A stretch of DNA of 64,000 bases from Minutocellus sp. GHC0000111 (GCA_977018835.1 OZ361257.1:4092001-4156000), one strand, 5' to 3'; positions 36,649 to 48,085 are shown, counted from the first letter of the stretch. Translations and numbers: made by a program. The notes: generated by a model from the sequence alone, not told the origin.

Positions 36649-38031
36649 TCATATCAAGGCTGGATTCCACTTCTTTGTGTTGCCGCCCTTGGATTTCTTG
36701 CTCTTCTTCTTCTTCTTGTTCTTCTTCTTTGGCGGTTCTTCATCCACATCCTCCTCCTTCTCCTTGCGCTTCTTGCTAATGCTAGTCGATGATGTCGTCT
36801 GCTCAGCACCACCAAATATACCTCCAAACATCCATCGATTCTTGACAAACAAATCGTTGGCCATGCTGCCGCTCTGCCTCACGCGGGAACAGGCGAATGG
36901 ATTTTCCCCAAAGTACATATCACCTAAGTCGTCATCATATTCGTCGCCACCCATGTCTCTCTCTTCATCGTCGCTACCTCCTCCACCTTCAATGATATCG
37001 CGAATCATTGGCGGAAGAGATGCAATAAAACCCTTCTCGAATAGATACTGACAATCGGCAATGCCCTCCATTTCCGTATTGGTCGTGACCAGGAATGGTG
37101 TGCCTTCCTTGATGCATTTCAACGCACCATCCCAGCTGTAGTCAGGACAGGTAAAGCCCGGATTGAAGAATATCACAACGTCCGGCGAAGCGATCGGTCC
37201 TCTGCCAAACCTACCACCAGATGGTGGCTCGGTCAAAAACTTGTCGTCATAATTGGAACGGTGCGATTCCATCATTAGACAGGCCTGCATTTGTTTCCCA
37301 CCCTTTTCAATCGTAGCCAATTTCTCGAACACATCCATCTTGTTCTTCTTTTTAGGACAATCAGGTCCGACAAAATTGATATTGACACTCAGTTTGTTCG
37401 ATTCGGCTAGATCACATAGGGCATCTGCATAGGCTTGCTTTACATTGGCTTCCCCCTTGGCTGGGTGGTAATCACCCCAAAGTTCCACACCCTCCGATGC
37501 ACCGATGACATGCACATTGAGCACACCCTCGCTTCGCTTGCTCGAAAGCACCGACTGATAGCACGGCGCGCTGCTCAAAACGTTGGCCAGCGTGGCGGGG
37601 TACGATTCAAACTCACTCCGGACCCGATCTCGGGCTGCCTCGTCTTCTTCTTCCTTCTGTTCGCCCTCGTCAATGGCCTCGTCCTTGTCACAAAGGCGCA
37701 AGAGGGCGCAGACCACCGATCCATGTCCACCACCTTCTTCATCTTCTTCACTGGACGCTGCATCGGCCGCCCGACACTCGGAGCTGCAGTACGCCACCCG
37801 ACGACATCCCTTGCAGTAGCATGGCTTGGTCGCCTTCTCCTTGGATGACTTGTTTGCACTATCGCTACTTGTAGCGTCAGAAGTTTGGAGCGGTTTCGCG
37901 CAGTGGCAGCACGCATCGAAGCCCAGTCGGATGTCGTGGTTGGATTCGAGGGCGGCCGATACAAACGGGTGGGAGGTGCGGGTCTGCTGCTCCGGCAGGA
38001 CGTCGAGATGGAGCGACGCCAGGAGGTCCAT
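36649..38031 (-). CDS. MYND-type zinc finger protein with MSS51-like C-terminal domain
   Basis: CCHC...CKGCRRVAYCSSEC...H..VC zinc finger, followed by VHVIGAS..E, FVGP and FFNPG motifs. Lys-rich tail. ATG at 38031. Confidence 0.75.
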   Translation of the reverse strand: MDLLASLHLDVLPEQQTRTSHPFVSAALESNHDIRLGFDACCHCAKPLQTSDATSSDSANKSSKEKATKPCYCKGCRRVAYCSSECRAADAASSEEDEEGGGHGSVVCALLRLCDKDEAIDEGEQKEEEDEAARDRVRSEFESYPATLANVLSSAPCYQSVLSSKRSEGVLNVHVIGASEGVELWGDYHPAKGEANVKQAYADALCDLAESNKLSVNINFVGPDCPKKKNKMDVFEKLATIEKGGKQMQACLMMESHRSNYDDKFLTEPPSGGRFGRGPIASPDVVIFFNPGFTCPDYSWDGALKCIKEGTPFLVTTNTEMEGIADCQYLFEKGFIASLPPMIRDIIEGGGGSDDEERDMGGDEYDDDLGDMYFGENPFACSRVRQSGSMANDLFVKNRWMFGGIFGGAEQTTSSTSISKKRKEKEEDVDEEPPKKKNKKKKKSKKSKGGNTKKWNPALI

Positions 38032-38339
38032 GGTGGTGATAGTTGCTGAGGAAGGGAAAGCAATGGAGGGCCAGCCAGAGCTACGGGAGACATATACGTA
38101 CGTAGCCAGATTATGTGCCGGAAAGACGTCTCTGTGGGGAGTGCACCAATGCCAATTCAAGCTTCATTCAAGCTCTTGGAGCATTGCATTTTACCGTTCC
38201 ATCGTTCATGCTTGCATTGTTCCTCGCCTCGAACGCTTTGTTGCTTCGCTCGGCTCTTGCCACCAACGTGCTGCTCAAATCATTCGATACATAAATAACT
38301 GTGCAACTGACAAGGCATTCGATTGAAATTTCTATAATA

Positions 38340-39152
38340 ATGACTTCAATAATCGACTCCATCGACGAGTACATCACCGAAAAGGAACGTCGGTGGATCG
38401 CCCTCCTCGTATGCCTCGATGCATTGCTTTGGTATGCACTACGATACGTCAAGGAAGCGCGCGGGAAGGAACTCAATCTGGCCTATCCCCTCGTCAGCTT
38501 CGTGGCGACCATCCAATTTGTAAAATTTGGCTTTTCGGCATTATTCGACGGGACCATGATGGACCTCAACACCGACCCGTATTCGCGTCTCCGTGCCGAG
38601 CACGAGGGATTTGCCCAATTGTCCCAAATTACCTTTGCCTACGAGGTGTTCAACACATTGTCATGCATAGTTATGCCTCAATACCGTACCGTGGAATTCC
38701 TCGGACATCACGTTTTGACCATGATGATTGCCAAAATGTCACAAGCACACGGGCCTGAGTTCTATGGATTATTTTACGTCGGCATTGCTTCGGTCAGCAC
38801 TCTATTCTTAGTATTTGTGGACATTTTTCGATATGGACCGAAATCCTTGAAGCAGAACTTTGGCATGGTCAACACCGCGGCGCAGGTGCTGTTTGCCCTT
38901 TCGTTTCTGCTGGTCCGTGCCGTCATTTGGCCGTTGATGAACTGCGCCTTCTGGCGGGATGCCACCATCAATCTGAGAGATCCGCCGGAAGATGGTGGTA
39001 CGTGGAGACCGTATCTTATCGGATTGTTATTGGCCAATACATTTTTGGGTGCACTCCAAATATTGTGGGCGGGAAGGATTGTGAAGCGACTAAAGAAAAT
39101 AATCGGTGGGAAGGACTCGTCGACGACCAGTGCGGCGAAGAAATCAAGCTAG
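38340..39152 (+). CDS. TLC (TRAM/LAG1/CLN8) domain membrane protein
   Basis: Multiple TM segments, FLGHHVLT motif, STLFL..VD, FALSFLLVR, LQILW..I. Confidence 0.8.
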   Translation: MTSIIDSIDEYITEKERRWIALLVCLDALLWYALRYVKEARGKELNLAYPLVSFVATIQFVKFGFSALFDGTMMDLNTDPYSRLRAEHEGFAQLSQITFAYEVFNTLSCIVMPQYRTVEFLGHHVLTMMIAKMSQAHGPEFYGLFYVGIASVSTLFLVFVDIFRYGPKSLKQNFGMVNTAAQVLFALSFLLVRAVIWPLMNCAFWRDATINLRDPPEDGGTWRPYLIGLLLANTFLGALQILWAGRIVKRLKKIIGGKDSSTTSAAKKSS

Positions 39153-39278
39153 CTACATACTGCGAATGCAGATGAAAACATATAAGCTATGTGCCAGAGT
39201 TATTGTGCTACAGCGAATGCTCAAAGAATCCGGTACTCGGTCAAACTCTAGAGAGATGGAGAGATTGTTACATGTAAA

Positions 39279-41080
39279 TTAGACGCCCATAGTGCAGTTG
39301 GGCATGAAGACGGCGCCGTTATTGTCAGCAAAGGAGTTGAGGTCACAAGAGTCATCACCTTCGACAAGGTAATCAACGATCTCTGGAGCAGTCGCGTCGA
39401 TCAAATTGCCCTGGGCCTCATTTTTGGCAATGATGTTGTCGAAGCCATACTCCTTTCGGTCCGTCTTGGCTTCCTTGTATCCGATATAAAATCCAGCGCC
39501 ATCTTCGCCTCCAGAATTCTGGCCGTTGGAGTTGGCAACGATAAAGACAACGGTGTTGGAGTTTGATTCAATATCAAAACCAGAACCTCCGTTGTCAGTA
39601 GCGACGTTGTATCCGAGGTAGTTGTAAAGTCCACCAACAAAGAGTGGTCCCAAACCGGGTCCATCCTCATCGTCAATCTTGGCACAATCGCCCTTGTCAA
39701 CATTGAATCCTGAGTTGTCACCTCCAGTGCTTTGGGCGGTGTTGCGAATGATCGTGTTGTACATGTAATCGGAGCGGATTTTGAAGCCCTTGCCGTCATC
39801 CATACCGGCAACGACATTGGATACGATGAGGTTGTAGCCTCCGGTATAATCATCTTCACTACCGCCAGTGCACATGCCAGTGCCATCTTCAGGGGTGGGC
39901 TCGTTGTCAGGTTCATCATACTTAATATCAAAGCCTGAAGCGAAGAGGAAAGTAGTGAAGTAAGGGCACATCAGTTTTACATAAGAGAAAAGTCTCAACA
40001 TGTGATAGCACATATCGGAAAGGCGTAGGCTAGCATGTAACTCACCGTCCTTTTTGGTCCCAGTGATGGAATTTTCGATGAACTTGTTGTATACACCGCG
40101 GGTACTAACACCGTCCTCAGAATTCTCAGTGGCTATGTTCCGGTTAATATCGTTCACGATAGTATTCCCAATGAAGGTGTTGTGGCTTCCATCGTTGTCA
40201 ATACCGTCGTCGCCAAAATAACTAACATTGTTGCCCTGAACAAGGTTGAAAGTTCCAGTAGGCTCAAGATCAATACCATCGCCGTTGAAGTCTCCATCAA
40301 CACCAGAGCCGTTATCCGTGGCAGCACTGTTGAGAATCTTGTTGAAGCTAGAGGTAACCACTATGCCATCGTTTCCTGTCTGGGCCACATGGAGGTTTTG
40401 GATTTCATGCCCTCCATCTCCACCAATGACGACGCCAAAGTTTCCACCCTGGACATTGATGGGACTGTCAGGGCCCAGATCCGAAGACGCGGTGGAGTCA
40501 GTAAGGACGGCTCCCTTACCAGTCACGTAAACGACAGTACCGAGATCAGTGTCGACGTACGAATTGTCAGTGCACTCAACCCTGTATCCGTTGAAGTCAA
40601 GCTCGGCCGGTCCCTGAACGGTCACAGCAGCGTACTATGCCGGTATCGCCACCAGCCTTGATGGAATCTCCGACACAGGTAATGTCGAGCTGTGTGCATG
40701 TATTATTGAGAAAGGAGGAAGGAATGGCGCGGTGATGAGAGAATATTATATTGTAGTAGCTAGATTGTTAGAGTAAGCAGGCAACTTGCGTTAAGATTCA
40801 AAGATTCGTCTATGCGTTGAGAACGAATCATGGCTCGAGATGAATGAAAAGTTGCCAAGTCTTGGCTTGCCTTTGTCAAAGCATGCGTAATAACACATGG
40901 GCACCTTTTACTCACCTCTTTGATGGGAGCCATCCAGTAGTTGTCAGTAGTCACTTGCATCTTGCGAAGTCCACCAGAGGTGTTGGAGTTGAAAGTAAAC
41001 GGCTTGTCGCTGGGCCTAGCATGGATGCTGCCGACAACGGCAATGAGACCAGCGACGGCGCGACGGTTAACGATGGGCAT
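39279..41080 (-). CDS. Secreted right-handed parallel beta-helix (PbH1-repeat) protein, with introns
   Basis: Signal peptide exon 41080-40916 (GTGAGT donor) and in-frame intron 40045-39935. Repeats of DGI/GF-x-x...N.i..N.a..N. Exon structure at 40690-40915 is uncertain. Confidence 0.7.
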
Positions 41081-41523
41081 GGTTGATTCGGGGGAGGCAA
41101 TTCTAGCTACGGTAGCTCGAGAGTAGACACAAGATCCGTGGCTTTTCGATTGCGACAGCTTCAAGCTATCAAATTACGTCGGAAACTGTCGAAAAAATCG
41201 GGCACAACGCGAACGACTTTTTCAAGCCTCAAAAAGGTAATCGCAAGTCCCCTGCTGCATCACAGTGTTGTGGAAGGCTATTACAAGGGTACGGTGCCCC
41301 GTATTCTTGTTTAGTTTCAATGGGAGGCACATTGGCAACACATCTTGTGGCACCTCTTGTTTGAGCAAATGGGTTTCGTTTTATGATGAAATTCGATACA
41401 AAATTTTCTTTCTCTCAAGCAGCACAGCTATATCAGTCCACAAAAAATAAAATTCAAGACCAAATCAAAACACTCTCTTCCGTATCTATAAGATGTGCTA
41501 AATTAACACCCAAGATCATTGTA

Positions 41524-41596
41524 CCAAAGTAATTTTATTGTTGATTATGGTCTACAACATCCTTCTAAGCAGTAATCAGCAATAAAATTACTTTGG
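41524..41596. mobile_element. 73-bp TA-flanked miniature inverted-repeat element (24-bp TIRs, 25-nt spacer)
   Basis: cattgTA|ccaaagtaattttattgttgatta...taatcagcaataaaattactttgg|TAcaatg. Confidence 0.6.
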
Positions 41597-41790
41597 TACA
41601 ATGTTTACGAAACATCGCGGAGGGGGTGTCTGCTCTCTCGTGAAATCACTCTTGTGTGTAGGACGTCATAGATGTACACGGACGTGAATCTAGTCTAGAT
41701 CTAGATCTACATGTACATTGTACTAATAGACGGAAAGTTGTCGAATTCTATACCACCAGCAGCTTGTAGTCTGTATGTTATAATGTGAGT

Positions 41791-42634
41791 TTACAGCAGT
41801 CCAAAGAATTCGGTCCCAAGACCAATGCCTTGCTCCATTCGGATTCGAGCGGCGAAGGAAGTGAAACTGCTAACACAGTTCCCCAGCAGATAGTCCGCGT
41901 GCGTCATAACGTTGAGGTCCAGAAGTGACGGGTCCCCCATCAATGCATCGACGCCATCGCTGTGGTCATCTGTATCCGCCGGTTCGCTAGTGCTAATCAA
42001 TAAATCATATGTGTCGCCGAGGTTATATTCCGACCATATCTTCCCCCAAGTCCTGGAACGTCTGTGGCAACAATTAGAACGACACGACCTCCCTTTTTCT
42101 CACTCCTCTTCTTCGCTTGCTCCGCTGCTGTTTGAAGATCAGATGCAACCGAACCAACATTGACAGTCGGCAAGCAGAGTTCCAGAGAAATTGTGGACAT
42201 GTTATGTCGTCTCATCTCCTCTGAGCATTGAGGACTGGCCATGTACGTGTCACGTCCCACGGCATGTTTGCATGCTTTGACCCAGTCCGACCCTGCTCGC
42301 AAATGTGTGGCGACAACAATGTCATCTTCTGATGATATTCCATTTTCCAATAGGAATGTCTGCCGTCTTTCCTCCATTCGATCGGTCCATTTGAGATATT
42401 TCGCCACATAGCGATCTTGTGGTCTCATCGGAAATGGCGCAGATAATGAATTGCTGGGTGGTCTTTTGAGCTGAGATTGAACACAGTATTATGGAAATAG
42501 TGTTCCTTTGTAAATTCAATCCCAAGAAAGTGCCAATATGTTCCATCCTCGACGTCCGGTGTGCACTTGAAGTGATCCGCTGCTTTGTGTGCACTGTTGC
42601 AGTATATTGTGGCATCTTTGGAATTCCACCGCAA
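41791..42634 (-). pseudogene. Protein O-fucosyltransferase 1 (GT65)-like, frameshifted and apparently 5'-incomplete
   Basis: VATHLRAGSDWVKAC, YMASPQC, IVATD and DL..MTHADYLLGNCVSSFTSFAARIR match POFUT1 motifs, spread over three frames. Confidence 0.7.
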
Positions 42635-42721
42635 TTCTACATGTATTCTCTGTCAAAATCTCCCCACACCCCACAAGCACTTCTTCGCTCCACGTTCAAG
42701 TTGACCCCCCTTCGTCGCAAT

Positions 42722-43751
42722 ATGAGCATGCTCGCCCGCCTGCTGCTGATAGCAGCCGTATTTGCAGCCCCATGCGATGCTGCACCACGGGGATTTGCCG
42801 GTCGGGTGCCTCAAAGGACATCGTTCGAACCGACACAACGCTTGAACCGCCGAGTGATGACGCACGTGGAACCATCACCAGCAGCATGTGAGGCTTGTGC
42901 CATCGTGGAGACAATTCCTCGGGGTGGAGCCCAAAAGTCCATATCGGTCAAGACCGAGGGTGGCAATGCCCTCGTTGCGGGTATTCTGAATGGTGTGGGC
43001 AAGATATCTCCAACACTTGCAGGTCTGCTCAAGGTGCTTTTCAAGATTGTGGAGTCGCTGACGGGTCTTGATTTGGTACCGGTCAAGGTTGTAGAAAAGG
43101 CAAAGAAGAGCAGTAGAAGCAGTGGCAGCAAGAAGAAGTCCAGCAAGAGCAAAAAGAGTAGAGCTACTGTAGCAGAGGATGAGAGCAGTGATGACGAAGA
43201 GGCGGAGCCGGTCAAGGCACCACCAAAGAAGAAGAAGGCAGCAGATGGAGGCGGAGGTAGCGGAGGGGGATCTGCCGCCGCCAAGAAGCATCTGGCCACC
43301 AGCTTGAAGTCGACCAGTCCAAACTACCGCATCCAGAAGGAGCTGAAGCAATTCCTCTCGTCGCCACCGCCCAACCTCAAGGTGTCGGTGGGCAAAAACA
43401 TACGGGTGTGGATCGTCACGTTCAAGATGCCCGAGGATACGATTTATGCCGGGGAAAAGTATCGGCTGCGCATTCAGTTCCCCGCCGACTATCCCCACGC
43501 AGCCCCCGAGTGCGTACTTTATGCAACCGACTCCTCGGCACGAGCATGTGTATACCAACGGCGATATTTGTTTGAGCCTATTGGGTAAGGATTGGAGACC
43601 AACGATGACGGCACAAAGCCTGGCGGTCAGTATCATGAGCATTCTTAGTGGCGCCCGTAAGAAGAGTCTGCCCATGGACAACGCTCGGCAGGCCATGAAT
43701 AAGCCAGGTCAAAAGCAAGACGATTGGATTTATCATGACGATAACTGCTAA
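42722..43751 (+). CDS. Ubiquitin-conjugating enzyme E2, UBE2W-like, with N-terminal signal peptide; 1-bp frameshift at ~43495
   Basis: RIQKEL, FPADYP|TQPP, HEHVYTNGDICLSLL (catalytic Cys) and C-terminal WIYHDD. One extra C in tatcccc splits the ORF. Confidence 0.85.
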
Positions 43752-43916
43752 TATAAGAGATATATCGGTGCTCTAAGAATTTCATTGCACAAAAGCGAGA
43801 GTGGCTAGCTAGACCTATTCGTGGGTTCGCATCCTGAATCCTACTAATTGATTCTTCTAGCACGTATTGTTACCCACGCATTGTCACCCACCACACGTAC
43901 CCAAACACCACAGACT

Positions 43917-44954
43917 CTACTGATAAAAGTAAGTATCCATGTCCGGAATGCCACACGAATCCTGCAAGTAGCCCGATACCATGAGCTGACCCCATGCCTG
44001 AGACAAGGCAGGTCCACCACGATTCTGACAAAGCTTGGTCTTCTTCATCGGCTCAAAATATTTCTTCTGCGATCTTCCATACTCATTGTTCTGATTCGGA
44101 CCTGGTGCCGGCACTGGCTTGAGCTCATTCAGGCCCGTCGACTCGTTCAACACGGCAAAGAATTCATTGAGAGCAATCCGACCATCCGACCATTTGGCAA
44201 GTGCATCCTTCTGTGCGTTGGGTCCAATCTCTACCGGCAAGTCCCGACGTACTCCGGTCGTAATTTTCGACAATCCGGCCGCTGCTTTCTCAAACTTGAA
44301 TTGAGCCTCCCTCATGTCCTCCGCGGCATCCGAGGGCATACTGAGAGATAAGATGCGCATGGGATTGATGTAATCACGCTCGATGCGGCTGGGCTGGCCC
44401 TGGCCCTTGTTGTTGTTCACTCGGTACAGCTGCAGGGATCAAGATAGAACATGAGGAAAACGTTAGATTGTGATCGGAAAAGTAGCAGAGCATGCCATCG
44501 GACACACCCAAAAGTGAATTTTCCGCGGGGAACGGTTCAATGTGTGCCTTTTTTTGGTAGATGCTGCATCGAATTTCTCTCGAACACGTACTTCATTGAC
44601 CTCTCCCCAATCATCGATGACCGAGATCTTATCACGAAGCTCCCACAGATAATAGTCTGCCGCAATCTGAAGGGGAATTCGGTATTGCTTGTACGACCTC
44701 TGAGCCTCGGGGGGCAGATCGTCCAGAGCAGACCCCGCGGCATTTGCCACAGGAACATTGGACGTCATGGGAGACAAAACCAAGGCGGCAGTTACAGCAG
44801 ATGTCACGAGATTGCGGAACAAGTCCCTCCGGCCGAGATCATGTTCGTTTTGCTGGTCGGCAGAGGCGGAAAGAGGAGTGCTATTTGCTGCTGGCTGCAC
44901 GGTGGTGAACGCACCCGCCGTAGCGACGCACGTTGCAAGTAGCGAGAGGCGCAT
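43917..44954 (-). CDS. Plastid (thylakoid-lumen)-targeted hypothetical protein; intron 44591-44430
   Basis: Signal peptide ending TAGA-F, twin-arginine GRRDLF, hydrophobic stretch and ANA cleavage site. GTACGT...TGCAG intron joins EVNE|LYRVNN in frame. Confidence 0.8.
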
Positions 44955-45193
44955 GGCTCTTCTGCTGGTGAGGTAGAGAGCGGCGCCCGATAAATGATAC
45001 GAAACGTCATCGTCAGCCGCGGCAGCCAGGATTTCGCGGCGATAAACAGGCGCCTGTACTTCAAGACAATTGACTTGAGCGACGAAGCGTTATCGTATTA
45101 GTCTGTATCAGGCCCAGATTGTGCCGGATACGACTGTATTTCGTCACACCGTCTCAGAGTGAATATCAAGACGTAAAGGAACCGGATGCTAAT

Positions 45194-46213
45194 ATGAGTC
45201 GACAGTCCTCAGCTTTCATCATATTTGCTCTCATTGGTAGCGTCTCTTCGGGGTTTGGGTCAGCTAATGGCTTTTCTCCACACCACAACTCATGCTCGCT
45301 ATCTCAACTGGCGCGCAACCGCAAACAACCATCGACGGCACTTTCATCATCAGCAGCAAGCATCGGTGGCGACATAAACGCACTGATATCTCGCCTATCT
45401 CCTGATGCTGATACCGATGCAACCACACCGCAAGTTTACATAATTGGGACTGGTGTATCGAATGAAGTGATAAACCTGCCGCTCTCGACCCTGGCTATCT
45501 TATCAAAGGCAGCCGTGGTCCTCCACGACAATTTGTCACTTTCAGAGGAAGAAATACGCAAGGTGGTTCCAGAAGGCTGCATAGTTCAAAGTGTCGGCAA
45601 ACGAGGAGATGATGCATCGTCCGTGCCGCAATCAGAAATCGACCGGCTGCTTGTAGAGTCCGCTAAAGAGCCAGAAAAGTATCCAACGATACTCCGTCTC
45701 AAATCGGGCGATCCGTTCCTCTTTGGAAGGTCACGAACCGAAATTGACGCTCTTCGCGAGAACAACATTTCATACAGAGTTATACCAAACCTGAGCTCGT
45801 CGATTGCAGGCCCACATTACGCAGGAATGCCACTCACAGACCCCTTGCTTGATTCCCAGAGCTTTGCAGTGTTCAGCGGTACCAACGCACAGGGCATCGG
45901 TATTGGAGGTGACGGTGACACCGATTGGGGAGACATTGGTGTTGATACGCTGGTATTTCTCATGATCGGACGTTTGGATAAGTTGGGACAGTTATCGCAA
46001 AGACTGGTGGACTCCAATGGCGATCGATGGACTGCTGATACTCCATGTGCAATCGTGCAGAGCGCTGGAAGAGCCGAGCAGAAAGTGTGGAGGGCAACGT
46101 TGGCTACAATTGTACAATCAATTCAGAGTGATTTGGGAGGAGATTGCAAGACAGTGTCACCGGCGATATTTGTTGCTGGCAATGTGGCATCGCTTGCTTT
46201 GAAAGGGGTGTAA
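45194..46213 (+). CDS. cobA: Uroporphyrinogen-III C-methyltransferase (SUMT, CobA/UPM1-like), plastid-targeted
   Basis: VYIIGTG, VVLHDNL, VGKRG, RLKSGDPFLFGRSRTEI, TLVFLM, TPCAIVQ and SPAIFVAGNV motifs. Bipartite presequence. Confidence 0.88.
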   Translation: MSRQSSAFIIFALIGSVSSGFGSANGFSPHHNSCSLSQLARNRKQPSTALSSSAASIGGDINALISRLSPDADTDATTPQVYIIGTGVSNEVINLPLSTLAILSKAAVVLHDNLSLSEEEIRKVVPEGCIVQSVGKRGDDASSVPQSEIDRLLVESAKEPEKYPTILRLKSGDPFLFGRSRTEIDALRENNISYRVIPNLSSSIAGPHYAGMPLTDPLLDSQSFAVFSGTNAQGIGIGGDGDTDWGDIGVDTLVFLMIGRLDKLGQLSQRLVDSNGDRWTADTPCAIVQSAGRAEQKVWRATLATIVQSIQSDLGGDCKTVSPAIFVAGNVASLALKGV

Positions 46214-46286
46214 AAATATATTGGAATCAAATAACGCAACTCGCTAGTAACACAACAATTTCATTTGTAGCCTCTGGCTGGAAAGC

Positions 46287-47315
46287 TTATCGTCGTCCCT
46301 TCTTGCCCTTCTTTCCTTTCTTGCCACCTCGTTCCATTCCACCACCCTTTTCGGCCGCTCGGCCAAGAGCCTTCTTGGCCATCTTCAAATCAGTTCCAGA
46401 GCCCATGCCCTTCATATCAGCAGCTCCGTGCTTGCCCTTGCGATGACCGCCACCTCCTCCCATCACCTCGCGCTTGCGCTTCTTGCTTGGCAGATTGGAT
46501 CTCACTTGGCCCATGTACTTCTTTACATTACCGGCATATTTCTGTGCTTCATCAATGTGAGGCTTGTTCGACACAATACCCTGCAAATCCGGATCGTCTG
46601 ATTCATCATCCGATGGTATCCCATACGTTGTTGTGACGATGACCGATCCACCGAATTGATTCGTTGTCTCAGCATCGTTGTAGGTCTTTTTGGTCTCCTC
46701 TACTTCTTCGTGATCATGTTTGCTCATCTTTCTCTTCTCTGACCTTTTGCGTTCAGTTGAGGATACCGATGCATCACCGTCATCTGATTCCCCTTCGCTA
46801 TTACTAGCGCTTGCACTGCTATCGCTGTCATCGTCGTCATCATCGTCGTCGCCCTGTCCCTTGGCCAATCGCTTGAGCTTCTCGGCTTCTTCAATTTGTT
46901 CAAGGCGGCTCTTTCTGTCTTCCTTCTTCCTTTCTAATTTCTCCTTGCGGTCCTTGACCTTTTGCATTGCCAAGCCAAACACCCGCCGTTCCTTCTTTCT
47001 TGCTGACATTCCCGTGAGATATTCTCGTCTGGCTTCTGGATCGAAAGTAATTTCCAATTTTCGCCTGCCACCGAAGCCACCTCCATGACCGCGACCACCT
47101 CTGCCTCTCCCGCCACCTCTGCCTCTCCCGCCTCTTCCGCCTCTGCCTTGCTTTTTGAAGCCGCCGCGTGAATTGCCTTCGAAGCCACCTCCATGACCGC
47201 GACCACCTCTGCCTCTCCCGCCACCTCTGCCTCTCCCGCCTCTTCCGCCTCTTCCGCCTCTGCCTTGCTTTTTGAAGCCGCCGCGTGAATTGCCTTCTCT
47301 GTTGCCCCTGCCCAT
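46287..47315 (-). CDS. RRP17: Nucleolar protein Nop25/Rrp17 family with RGG-rich N-terminus
   Basis: ITFDPEARREYLTGMSARKKERR motif, charged coiled coil and acidic tract. Confidence 0.78.
   Translation of the reverse strand: MGRGNREGNSRGGFKKQGRGGRGGRGGRGRGGGRGRGGRGHGGGFEGNSRGGFKKQGRGGRGGRGRGGGRGRGGRGHGGGFGGRRKLEITFDPEARREYLTGMSARKKERRVFGLAMQKVKDRKEKLERKKEDRKSRLEQIEEAEKLKRLAKGQGDDDDDDDDSDSSASASNSEGESDDGDASVSSTERKRSEKRKMSKHDHEEVEETKKTYNDAETTNQFGGSVIVTTTYGIPSDDESDDPDLQGIVSNKPHIDEAQKYAGNVKKYMGQVRSNLPSKKRKREVMGGGGGHRKGKHGAADMKGMGSGTDLKMAKKALGRAAEKGGGMERGGKKGKKGKKGRR
47072..47297. repeat. Two tandem ~108/117-bp copies encoding RGG boxes
   Basis: EGNSRGGFKKQGRGGRGG...GHGGGF is repeated twice. Confidence 0.85.
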
Positions 47316-47614
47316 GTTGCTTGCTTCAGAAATGGCCGAATTGGTGGAGCGCGAGAATGACTCATAACCTGATAGATCATCGATCGACGCCGGTGACTCA
47401 CTGCCTCACCCGACTTTCGGAGAGTCTTCCTCATTACCGGTAATTCTATTTGCTTGATATCCCCAAACAGTAGATGTAAAGTAGGCAAAGACGTCAAAAT
47501 CCAATAGAAATGAGGAAGTGCACATTATGTGCTGCTTTCTCGAGCTCTTCAATAATCACAACCTGCAAACCCACCATCAATAATTCTATCCAAAATCTCT
47601 CTAATATTAAGCTC

Positions 47615-48085
47615 CTACTCCTCAACACCCTCCTCCTTGGCCTGTGTCGGACTCTCATCAGACCCCTCAAGCATGTTGGCATCACTTGATGCCTCCTCCT
47701 CGTCGTCATCATCTTCTTGAAACCACGGAGCAATGCCAGCCTCCTCCCGATCGACGCCCAGTCGCTTCATCTGCCACTGTCCCAAGACACTGGCACTCTG
47801 GATGGGACTCCACCCTCTCACGGTGCCCTGCAAGTAATAATAATCATCGGCATTGCCCGCAAAAATGCGCTTGCCGAACCATCCCCCGAAACTTTCCTTG
47901 GATATGCTAAAGAATTGATTGGGCACATCCACGCTCCACTTGCCCTTTCCACCGTCGCCCCAGATGGCCACGTTGGTCGGCGTCGATCCCGGTCCACCGC
48001 CATTGTCGTCGACGATCAGCCGCACCCACGTCTCCTTGATGACGTCCTCGTTGTCGTTCCATACGATGCCAATCTTCCATTCCGA
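47615..48085 (-). pseudogene. 3' portion of a Trp/Gly-rich hypothetical protein gene, 5' end missing
   Basis: EWKIGIVW...WGDGGKGKWSVD...DYYYLQGTVRGWSP...LGQWQMKRL plus an acidic tail. Upstream sequence belongs to an opposite-strand gene. Confidence 0.5.

Larger units (their letters stand above)
28341..36953 (-). repeat. Right arm of ~8.6-kb inverted duplication (partner 11527-20144)
   Basis: Mirrored ORFs and direct sequence comparison. Confidence 0.95.

Noticed and set aside
43490..43500. Programmed ribosomal frameshifting in the E2, the 5984 gene or transposase A
   Set aside because: Several shifts fall in short homopolymers and they occur in many unrelated genes. Consensus indel errors or decay are more parsimonious.
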